DNA from: an uncultured Gemmatimonadales bacterium
Lineage (GTDB): Bacteria; Gemmatimonadota; Gemmatimonadetes; Gemmatimonadales; GWC2-71-9
Assembly: GCA_963757525.1 (NCBI GenBank)
Contig: CAVWRM010000001.1
Span: 2,631,685-2,695,684 of the forward strand
Length of the DNA stretch: 64,000 nt
Direction of reading: 5' to 3'
Part shown: piece by piece, positions 37,688 to 45,887 of the stretch
How the letters are laid out: every line of letters begins with the position of its first letter
Position numbering within the stretch: the first letter of the stretch is position 1
The notes under the pieces: model-generated
What the model was told of the DNA's origin: nothing
The model's database searches: none
Seen by the model: only the letters and a program-made list of their open reading frames with translations
Translations under genes and position numbers: made by a program

Positions 37688-39765
37688 GTGGGCCCTCCGG
37701 CTCGCAGCGTGGGCTCCAGATCCGCCGGCGAACGCTGGAAGTGGCAGGTACTGCACTCACGCTCCGGGTAATGGTCCTGGGCAGGCTCGTGGCAGGCCAG
37801 GCAGAATGATCGGGTCGGCACGAGGCGGGCTATGGTGGCCTCGGTGTGACACGCGGAGCACGCCGCGTGGGCCTGGACCGGTCGTGCGTGTGCCGCCCGG
37901 GTCTCGGACGAGCGGTGGCAGGCGGCGCACGTCCGGCCGGCGGCGTGATGGTCGGCGTGGCACCCCGCGCAGCTCAGCACGGAGTCCGCCGGGGCCAGCG
38001 TCACCGGGGCCGCGTGACAGCCGGTGCAGGAGACCGAATCGTGTGCCGAATGCTCGAAGTCGATGGCCCGCCGTCTCGGCTCGTGCCGTGGCACCGCGAC
38101 CGCGACCTGGATAGGGACCGGTGAATCCAACGCTGTCTTCTCGTGACAGGAAGCGCAGGTCGAGACCGCGGGCCGCTGGTGATGACAGATCTGGCAACCT
38201 CGCGGCGCCTCGAAGGTGACCCGGCGCTCCTTGGAGGCGGGATCGTGGCAGGTGAGGCAAGCGAGGCGGCGATGACGTTGGTGTGAGAAGGTGTCGGCGG
38301 GGGACGGCGAACCAGCGGTCGCCGCCTCCGGGGGTTCGTCATCTGGCGGGGCCGCGCCTCGCCCGCGTGCGCGCCCGGGCTCGACGAGGCCCCGCGTCGG
38401 CGGACGCAGCGAGGTCTGGCGCAGCGCCTTCGTGGTGTCGAACGGGAGAGGCGGCCGGACCCGAAGGCCCTTGGTATTCCGCACGCGCTCGTGGCAGCCC
38501 ACGCAGTCGCTCGCGTCCACGCGTGCCTGGTGGGGCACATGGCAGGTCTCGCATCGTTGCGCCACCTTGCGGTGCGCCGCGCCAGTGTGGAAATCCACCT
38601 GGCGCCAGGTCGAATGGCACTGGGCGCTGGCGCACGACTTCAACGCATCGGCCGGCTTCACATCCGTATGGGGGTTGTGACACATGCCGCAGGAGCCCGC
38701 GTGGGGATCGCGGGCCGGGTCGAACGTCGCGAGCAGCGCCCGCATCTCGTGGCAGCCGAAACACTGCCGTGAGCCCGGGCGTAGGAGGCCCGTCGCCGAG
38801 TCGGGGGACACGAACTGCGCGTCGGCGGTGAATTGGTGGCAGGAGTTGCAATAGAGCCCCTCCTCGTTCGGGATGGGCGGAGCGCCCGCCTCGAACCGAT
38901 TGGCCATGCGCCCCAGCTTGATCTCCACCTCGTCCGTCAGGTGGCAACCCTTCTGGGCACAGGTGCTGTCCGCGGGCTGAAACCGGTGCGCTGTGCGTGC
39001 ATGGCACGTGAGGCAGGCCACGTCCTTCAGCGCCGAGGAATCGGATTCGAGGTGGGTCCGATGGCCGGCCGTCGTCGCGATCCGTGCCCAGGTCTTCTTC
39101 GCGGCGCCCTGCACATGGCAGCTCTCGCAGACATGCCGGGGGACCTTCCCGTGCGGGGGTATCTTGTCGGGACGCTCGATGATCCAGTAGAACAGCTCCT
39201 TCGACTGGGCCTTGAGCTCGAACGGATGGCAGGTATGGCAGCTGAGGGAATCGTGTTTGCCCTCGAGCTTGTTGACCAGCAGGTACGTGCCGGTGTCGGG
39301 GCGGACGAAGACCTGGCCGCTGGGGACGAAGATGTGGCAGCCGCTGCAGAAATCGTTGTCGTGCATCATGAAGTCGTAGGCCTTCACGCCCGTCCCGGCC
39401 ATCAACAGCACCACGGCAGCGACCGCGCCGATCATGGCGAGCTTCACCCCGCGGTCGCGCGTGACGAGCCACGTGCCGATCGCCCGGCGCCGCCGCCAGA
39501 GCACGACGAGCACCGCCGCAGCGACCATCGCCCCCAGCACGATGCCGCCCGCCATGAGCCAGCCGGGCTTCTGGAAGACCCACTGGACCACGGGGATGAG
39601 CGGATCGGGCAGGGGAGACTCGACCACCACGGAGTCGACGAATCTGCCGGTGAGGGTATCCGGGGCTTGGAGGGTGCCACCTGGCGGTAGCGCCAAGGCG
39701 AGCACGGCCACGGCCCCACGAAACGGACGAGAGGCCATGGCCGCGAAACTGGAGTTCATCGGCAT
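37684..39765 (-). CDS. Membrane-anchored ~20-heme c-type cytochrome: NapC/NirT/NrfH-like tetraheme module fused to 16 further heme sites
   Basis: 18 CXXCH + 2 CX4CH (CAQKGCH, CASAQCH). Hydrophobic N-terminus plus 2 TM helices flanking RRRR. Residues ~140-260 (FCSGCH..SLSCHTCH..VCESCH..ACLTCH) resemble NapC/NirT. Pro/Arg/Ala-rich linker at ~430-495, then 9 hemes in a c3/c7-like pattern (FSHQRH, FEHSAH). Confidence 0.9.
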   Translation of the reverse strand: MPMNSSFAAMASRPFRGAVAVLALALPPGGTLQAPDTLTGRFVDSVVVESPLPDPLIPVVQWVFQKPGWLMAGGIVLGAMVAAAVLVVLWRRRRAIGTWLVTRDRGVKLAMIGAVAAVVLLMAGTGVKAYDFMMHDNDFCSGCHIFVPSGQVFVRPDTGTYLLVNKLEGKHDSLSCHTCHPFELKAQSKELFYWIIERPDKIPPHGKVPRHVCESCHVQGAAKKTWARIATTAGHRTHLESDSSALKDVACLTCHARTAHRFQPADSTCAQKGCHLTDEVEIKLGRMANRFEAGAPPIPNEEGLYCNSCHQFTADAQFVSPDSATGLLRPGSRQCFGCHEMRALLATFDPARDPHAGSCGMCHNPHTDVKPADALKSCASAQCHSTWRQVDFHTGAAHRKVAQRCETCHVPHQARVDASDCVGCHERVRNTKGLRVRPPLPFDTTKALRQTSLRPPTRGLVEPGRARGRGAAPPDDEPPEAATAGSPSPADTFSHQRHRRLACLTCHDPASKERRVTFEAPRGCQICHHQRPAVSTCASCHEKTALDSPVPIQVAVAVPRHEPRRRAIDFEHSAHDSVSCTGCHAAPVTLAPADSVLSCAGCHADHHAAGRTCAACHRSSETRAAHARPVQAHAACSACHTEATIARLVPTRSFCLACHEPAQDHYPERECSTCHFQRSPADLEPTLRAGGPT

Positions 39766-39778
39766 CGCGACGAGCGAT

Positions 39779-41404
39779 CTAGCGCGACGACACTTGCTTC
39801 CGCCTCATTGCGGTGTAGGAGACCCCCGGTCGTGTCAGCGCCCGGTTGATCAATGATTGCACCTTGAAGGACACGTCCGGCAATCCGTAGGTCTGTTGCA
39901 CCGACAGGATGCTGGCACCGAGCAGAGCCTCGTAATAGAACGGGTTGTGCACTCCGAACGAGCCATCCTTGTGACCGTACAGGTTCTCGGCGAGCATCAT
40001 GGCGTTGAAGAGCGCGCCTTCGGCCGGCGAGATGTAGTTGTCGGTGGCGTCGAACGCCAGCTTGCCGGTCACCGGGTCGGTCGGGTTGGACTGCACCAGT
40101 GTCGCCAGCAATCCGGTATCGGTGGCCGGGTCGATGTAGGGCTCCCCGTCGCTGTTCAGCACACCATCATCCACCCAGAGCTGGTCCACCAGCGTCTTGA
40201 TGGTCTGCCGCTCGTTGGTGAAGAGCGATTGCGCCACATTGGCGTCGGCGTGACAACCGCTCGCGCTGCAGGCTCCCCAGTTGCGCTCGGCAGTGGTGAA
40301 GCCGCAGTCCCCGGCATTCGGGATGCCCTGGGCATCCACGCAGGGGATCGGCAGGAACAAGTGCCCTACCGACTGGAACTGCACGCTCCCGCTGGAATCG
40401 GTGACCGTGAACCGGCTCACGTGACAGCCGGCGCACAGCCTGGGGTTGGCGGTGGGAGAAGCGTGGCTGGTGAAGACACGGTTCGTGTCATAGACGAACC
40501 CGACGGGTACGTACCCGGCGCCCTGACCGAAGTACACGCCACCCTGCGCGGCGTGGGCCCCGCGACTGGTCACGGTCGCGGTCGAGTTGGAGAACGTGGA
40601 AGACGGGGTCGTGCTCCGGAAATGGCACTGGGTGCAGAGGTTCACCGTCAGATCCGTCGAGTTGATCGGCGCGCGCAGCTGTCCCTCGAACGGGCTGCCA
40701 TGCGGATCGTGACAGACGGCGCAGGTGATGGTCAGGCTCTTGGTGCCGTTCAGCTCCACGTAGTTGGTGATCTTGTTGCCCGAGAGCCTCGCCAGGGCGT
40801 CCTGTCCCCGATGGCATCCGACACACGAGGGATTCCCCGCGGGATAGGCGTTACCGGCCGAGTCGGCGTGCTTGCTCTGGGACCACTGCTCGAAGAAGGG
40901 ATCGAAGTTCCCGTTGTGGCAGCCGGCGCAGCTGGCGACGGTGTCGGGTCCGAGATCGACGTGCGCGATCGGCCAGGTACTCCGTTCGTCCGGCGTGGTC
41001 ACGTGGGTGAGTCCCGCGCCGTGGCAGCTCTCGCACTGCACATCCTGATACACCGAATCCGGCACGGCAGCGTAGCCGGCCGGCGCGGTGGCCGTGTTGC
41101 CGAGCTGGGAGACGGTGTGGCAATTGTTGCAGAACGCCTGGGCGTGCCCCGAGTTCTGGAGATCGGCCCACGCGCTCGCGTGCTTGGTGGTCACCCATTG
41201 GGCCTGGTGACTCACATGGCAATTGCCGCAGGTGGTCTGCTTGTCGCTGGCGGTGAAGTATCCAAGGAACTTCCCGATCGCATCCGGCGGCGGATTGAAG
41301 GGGTCGCGGAAGACGAGTTTTTCGCTGGTGCAGGAGGACAGGGCGAGCGAAAGTCCCGCCAGAAGAGGCGGGAGCGAGCGCGACAAGCGTCGGGCGATGG
41401 ACAT
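39779..41404 (-). CDS. Multiheme (8 CXXCH + 1 CX4CH) lipoprotein cytochrome with heme-free C-terminal domain
   Basis: Lipobox LSLALSS|C with Thr at +2. Motifs CGNCH, CNNCH, CESCH, CAGCH, CVGCH, CAVCH, CTQCH, CAGCH, CSASGCH. W..(S/T).H motifs. The last ~155 aa have no heme motif. Confidence 0.9.
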   Translation of the reverse strand: MSIARRLSRSLPPLLAGLSLALSSCTSEKLVFRDPFNPPPDAIGKFLGYFTASDKQTTCGNCHVSHQAQWVTTKHASAWADLQNSGHAQAFCNNCHTVSQLGNTATAPAGYAAVPDSVYQDVQCESCHGAGLTHVTTPDERSTWPIAHVDLGPDTVASCAGCHNGNFDPFFEQWSQSKHADSAGNAYPAGNPSCVGCHRGQDALARLSGNKITNYVELNGTKSLTITCAVCHDPHGSPFEGQLRAPINSTDLTVNLCTQCHFRSTTPSSTFSNSTATVTSRGAHAAQGGVYFGQGAGYVPVGFVYDTNRVFTSHASPTANPRLCAGCHVSRFTVTDSSGSVQFQSVGHLFLPIPCVDAQGIPNAGDCGFTTAERNWGACSASGCHADANVAQSLFTNERQTIKTLVDQLWVDDGVLNSDGEPYIDPATDTGLLATLVQSNPTDPVTGKLAFDATDNYISPAEGALFNAMMLAENLYGHKDGSFGVHNPFYYEALLGASILSVQQTYGLPDVSFKVQSLINRALTRPGVSYTAMRRKQVSSR

Positions 41405-41684
41405 GAATCCGCCTTTGCCGGCTGCGTGATGCGACGATATCTCCGTGAATCGGTGAAGAGTTTGCGCGTTTCCGTAGAATTACGCAATACGTCGAGCCGA
41501 CGAATACTGAAATCTGAAGAAAGTTTCACGCGGATTTCGGGAAATAATTGGGGCTCCGCACGAACTTTTCAGCTTAGATTGATTCCCGCTTCACGAACGA
41601 TCCGGTACCATAGACCTGCCGCCGCAGTCGCTGTTTCATCGTCCCGACCGTCCGACGGCCCACGCCCGAATCGGAGGAGTCGCG

Positions 41685-42854
41685 ATGTTCGTTCCCCATG
41701 CGCTTCCGTGGACCGACGGCGAGAGCCTCGGCGATCACCTCCAGTCTCAGGGGGTGTCCCGGCGCGAGTTCCTCCAGTTCTGCGGCGGTCTCGCCGCGGT
41801 GTTCGGCCTGGATAGTCTGGCCATCCCCCGTATCGCGCGAGCACTCGAGGTTCTCAAGCGGCCCTCCGTGGTCTGGATCCAGCTGCAGGAGTGCACCGGG
41901 TGTGTCGAGAGCGTGCTGCGTACGGCCGATCCTACCATCGGTAACCTGGTTCTCGACCTGGTGTCGCTCGACTACTCCCACACCCTGATGGCCGCGGCGG
42001 GCACCGCCGCGGAGCGCGCGCTGCAGGCCGCCATGACCGACAACGCGGGGAAATACCTGCTGGTGGTGACTGGATCGGTGCCGCTCGCGGACAATGGGAT
42101 CTACACCACCATCGGCGGGCGGACGGCGAAGGAAATCCTCGAGGAGGCGGCGCAGGGTGCGGCGGCGGTTATCGCGATCGGGGCCTGCGCGCACTGGGGC
42201 AGCGTCCAGGCCGCGAAGCCGAATCCCACTGGCGCGGTGGGTGTCTCCCACATCGTCAAGGACAAGCCCGTGGTCAACATCGCGGGCTGCCCGCCGATCG
42301 GCGACGTCGTCACGGCCACCATCGTCCACTACCTGACGTTCGGCCGCCTGCCGGCCCTCGACGGTGAAGGCCGCCCCATGTTCGCCTACGGCGCCCGGAT
42401 TCACGACCAGTGTCCCCGGCGCGCCAACTACGACGCGGGCCAGTACGTCGAGGCGTTCGACGACGAAGCGGCGCGAAAGGGCTGGTGCCTCTATCACGTC
42501 GGGTGCAAGGGGCCTGCGACCTTTTCGCCCTGTCCCATCTTCCAATGGAACTCCGGCACCAGCTGGCCGATCGGCGCGGGCCACCCCTGCATCGGTTGCA
42601 CCGAGCCCGGCTTCTGGGACACCATGACTCCGTTCTACGACCGGCTCCCCGGCGTGGGCGGATTCGGCATCGAGCGCAACCTGGACCTGTTCGGCGCGGC
42701 GCTGGCCGTCGGCGCCACGGCAGGGGTCGCGGCGCACGCGGTGGCCACCGGCGTGCACCAGGTCCGCGCTCGCCGCGGGCGCGAGCTCCCGGTAGTGGAG
42801 GAGCGGCCACCCGCGGCGCCGCCCTCCGGCGGCGGAGGGGCGAGCCATGACTAA
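41685..42854 (+). CDS. [NiFe] hydrogenase small subunit, Tat-exported, membrane-bound group 1 type
   Basis: Twin-arginine signal SRREFLQF. Proximal cluster region LQECTGCVES. GCPP, CLYHVGCKGP, HPCIGC. C-terminal TM anchor. GGAGGAG Shine-Dalgarno 5 nt upstream. Confidence 0.95.
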   Translation: MFVPHALPWTDGESLGDHLQSQGVSRREFLQFCGGLAAVFGLDSLAIPRIARALEVLKRPSVVWIQLQECTGCVESVLRTADPTIGNLVLDLVSLDYSHTLMAAAGTAAERALQAAMTDNAGKYLLVVTGSVPLADNGIYTTIGGRTAKEILEEAAQGAAAVIAIGACAHWGSVQAAKPNPTGAVGVSHIVKDKPVVNIAGCPPIGDVVTATIVHYLTFGRLPALDGEGRPMFAYGARIHDQCPRRANYDAGQYVEAFDDEAARKGWCLYHVGCKGPATFSPCPIFQWNSGTSWPIGAGHPCIGCTEPGFWDTMTPFYDRLPGVGGFGIERNLDLFGAALAVGATAGVAAHAVATGVHQVRARRGRELPVVEERPPAAPPSGGGGASHD

Positions 42855-44562
42855 GACGCGGGTCGTCGTCGATCCGATCACCCGGATCGAGGGCCATCTC
42901 CGGATCGAGGCGCAGGCGGAGAACGGACGGATCAGCAACGCGTGGGCCACGTCCACCCAGTTCCGCGGAATCGAGGTGGTGATGCAGGGGCGGGACCCGC
43001 GGGACGCCTGGGCCTTCACCCAGCGGATCTGCGGCGTCTGCACGGTGGTTCACGCGGTGGCCTCGTGCCGCGCGGTCGAGGACGCACTGGACATCGTCAT
43101 CCCGCCCAACGCCAACCTGATTCGAAACCTGGTCCACGGCATGCAATTCATCCAGGACCACGTGATCCACTTCTACCACCTGCACGCGCTCGACTGGGTC
43201 GACGTCGTGAGCGCGCTGAAGGCCGACCCCGCGGGGACCGCGGCCCTGGCACGGAAGGTCTCGCCCTGGCCGAACAACTCCGAGACCATGTTCCGGGAGG
43301 TGCAGGCGCGGGTGAAGAAGTTCGTCGGCAGCGGGCAGCTGGGGATCTTCACCAACGGCTACTGGGGGCACCCGGCCTACAAGCTGCCGCCCGAGGCCAA
43401 TCTGCTCGCGGTCGCGCACTACCTCGAGGCGCTCGACTGGCAGCGGGACATCATCCGCCTGCACACCATCTTCGGCGGCAAGAACCCGCACCCCAACTTC
43501 CTGGTAGGCGGGATGGCGTCGGCCATCAACCTGGACGACACCGCCACGATCAATGCCGTCCGGTTGTCCGAAATCCACGACATGATCACCCGGGCGCAGC
43601 GGTTCGTCGAACAGGTGTACTGGCCGGACCTGCTCGCCATCGCGGGGTTCTACAAGGACTGGGCGGCCATCGGTGGCGGGGTCCGGAACTACCTTGCCGT
43701 CGGCGAGTTTCCCGATGGGGACGTGCGAGACACCGACAAGCTCTACTTCCCCCGCGGAATCATCCTCGACCGCGACCTCTCCCGGATCTGGCCCTACGAC
43801 CAGAACCAGATCAAGGAGTACATCACCAGCTCATGGTACGAATATTCGAAGGGTGACACCGCCGGCCTCCACCCGTGGGAAGGGGAGACCAAGGCGGCAT
43901 ACGCCGGTCCCCCGACGCCGTGGAAGTATCTCCAGGATTCGCCGAAGTACACCTGGATGAAGGCGCCCCGGTACGAGGGCAAGCCGATGGAGGTCGGGCC
44001 ACTGGCCCGGATGCTTGTGGGCTTCGCGGCGGGCCACGAGGAAATCCGCGCGATGGTCAAGGAGGTGCTCGACCGGCTCGAGGTCGGGCCCGCCGCGCTC
44101 TTCTCGACCCTCGGCCGGACCGCCGCGCGAGGGATGGAGACGGTGCTGCTCGCGCGGCGGATGAACGTCTGGTACGACCGGCTGGTCGACCGCATTCGGA
44201 GCGGCGACACCAGGACCTTCGCCGGCGAGAAGTGGGAGCCGTCGACCTGGCCGGTCACGTCGCAGGGTTACGGCTACCTCGACGCCCCCCGCGGCGCGCT
44301 GGGCCACTGGGTGCAGATCGAGCGCGGCGCGATCTCGCGCTACCAGTGCGTGGTGCCGAGCACGTGGAACTGCTCGCCGCGCGACGCCCAGGGCCAGATG
44401 GGACCGTACGAAGCGGCCCTGGTGGACAACCATCCCCTGGTGAATCCCGAGCAACCGATCGAGATCCTGCGGACGATCCACTCATTCGACCCCTGCATGG
44501 CGTGCGGAGTCCACGTGCTCGACGCCGCGGGCAACGAGCTCGTCCGGGTCGCGGTCCAATGA
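42847..44562 (+). CDS. [NiFe] hydrogenase large subunit
   Basis: TRIEGH, RICGVCTVVH (N-terminal Ni ligands), C-terminal DPCMACGVH followed by a 15-aa cleavable extension. Confidence 0.97.
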   Translation: MTKTRVVVDPITRIEGHLRIEAQAENGRISNAWATSTQFRGIEVVMQGRDPRDAWAFTQRICGVCTVVHAVASCRAVEDALDIVIPPNANLIRNLVHGMQFIQDHVIHFYHLHALDWVDVVSALKADPAGTAALARKVSPWPNNSETMFREVQARVKKFVGSGQLGIFTNGYWGHPAYKLPPEANLLAVAHYLEALDWQRDIIRLHTIFGGKNPHPNFLVGGMASAINLDDTATINAVRLSEIHDMITRAQRFVEQVYWPDLLAIAGFYKDWAAIGGGVRNYLAVGEFPDGDVRDTDKLYFPRGIILDRDLSRIWPYDQNQIKEYITSSWYEYSKGDTAGLHPWEGETKAAYAGPPTPWKYLQDSPKYTWMKAPRYEGKPMEVGPLARMLVGFAAGHEEIRAMVKEVLDRLEVGPAALFSTLGRTAARGMETVLLARRMNVWYDRLVDRIRSGDTRTFAGEKWEPSTWPVTSQGYGYLDAPRGALGHWVQIERGAISRYQCVVPSTWNCSPRDAQGQMGPYEAALVDNHPLVNPEQPIEILRTIHSFDPCMACGVHVLDAAGNELVRVAVQ

Positions 44563-45320
44563 CGCCGCGGGCTACGCCGTCCCCTCCCGAGGCGCGCCAC
44601 GGCTTCGGAATCTCGCTGGCCCACGAGGTGCCGCCGGCGAGCGGCGACTATCACTGGGTCTACCTGTGGGAATGGCCGATCCGCGCGATGCACTGGCTCG
44701 CGGCCATCTCCATCGTGGTACTCGTCGTCACCGGGCTGTATATCGGTAAGCCGTACTTCGTGACCTCGGGGGACACCGGCAGCCACTTCCTCATGGGCTG
44801 GATACGGGCGGTGCACTTCGGCGCGGCCGGTGTCCTCGTGAGCACCGCGATCGTCAGGGTCTACTGGCTGGTTGCAGGCAACAAGTTCGAGCGCCTGCCC
44901 GCTCTCTTTCCCGTGCGCCCCCGCGACTGGGTCAACCTGTTCCGGCAAGTCAAGTTCTATCTGATGATCCGGCCGGACGAGGCACCCCACTATCTCGGCC
45001 ACAACCCGCTGCAGCAACTGAGCTATACCGGCATTTACGTATTGGCGGCCATCCAGGTGATCACCGGGTTCGCGCTGTACGGACAGTCGGATCCCGGCGG
45101 CTTCTTCTTCCGTGCCTTCGGCTGGCTGGGCGGGGCGTTGGGCGGAATGCAGGTCGTGCGCCTCGTTCATCACGTCGCGACCTGGGTGTTCTGCGCGTTC
45201 GTTCCCATTCACGTCTATCTCGCCCTGCGTGCCGATCTTCTCGAGCGGGGCGGGTCGGTCTCCTCGATCATCAGCGGTGGACGGTTCGTCCCGGCGGGAC
45301 AGAAGTTCGTCGATGAATGA
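44559..45320 (+). CDS. Ni/Fe-hydrogenase b-type cytochrome subunit (HyaC/CybH-like)
   Basis: The ATGA overlap defines the start. Four TM helices with conserved His (RAMHWL, AVHFGAAG, HHVATW, PIHVYLA). Confidence 0.9.
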   Translation: MTPRATPSPPEARHGFGISLAHEVPPASGDYHWVYLWEWPIRAMHWLAAISIVVLVVTGLYIGKPYFVTSGDTGSHFLMGWIRAVHFGAAGVLVSTAIVRVYWLVAGNKFERLPALFPVRPRDWVNLFRQVKFYLMIRPDEAPHYLGHNPLQQLSYTGIYVLAAIQVITGFALYGQSDPGGFFFRAFGWLGGALGGMQVVRLVHHVATWVFCAFVPIHVYLALRADLLERGGSVSSIISGGRFVPAGQKFVDE

Positions 45321-45843
45321 GAAGGTCGGTGCGACGCTCGTGATCGGGCTCGGCAACCCGATCATGGGAGACGACGGTCTCGGCCTGGTCGCCCTCGCGC
45401 GGCTGGAACGGGACTGGCGCTTGCCGCCCCCTATCCGGCTGGTGGACGGCGGCACGTGGGGCCTCCGGCTGCTTCCGCTGCTGGAGGAGGCCGAGGCTGC
45501 CCTGTTGCTGGATGCGATCGACGCGGGCCGAAAGCCCGGCGAGCTGATCGTACTGGGGCATGACGAGATCCCCCGCCTGCTCGGCCACAAGCTCTCGTCG
45601 CATCAGGTCGACCTGCCCGAGCTCCTGGCCTTGACCGAGCTGAGGGGCACGGTCCCCGGTCGGCTCGCCGCCCTGGGACTCCAGCCTGCACGTGTCCGCA
45701 TCTCCGCGGAGTTGAGTCCCGAGGTGGGGAGCGAGATGGGCCGGCTGGTGACCGCGGCCGTCAGCCAGCTCGTCGCCTGGGGCCATGCGGTCATGCCGGC
45801 ACGCCGGGATGAGGGCGGCATCGTTCCGGCGACGGTCAACTAG
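45313..45843 (+). CDS. Hydrogenase maturation endopeptidase (HyaD/HybD family)
   Basis: LVIGLGNPIMGDDGLG, DGGT, LLLDAID, SSHQ motifs. The start overlaps the cytochrome b gene end by 8 nt. Confidence 0.9.
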   Translation: MNEKVGATLVIGLGNPIMGDDGLGLVALARLERDWRLPPPIRLVDGGTWGLRLLPLLEEAEAALLLDAIDAGRKPGELIVLGHDEIPRLLGHKLSSHQVDLPELLALTELRGTVPGRLAALGLQPARVRISAELSPEVGSEMGRLVTAAVSQLVAWGHAVMPARRDEGGIVPATVN

Positions 45844-45887
45844 ATTTGGGAAGCCCTATTGCCCAAACACAGTGGACACGGCCGCCA

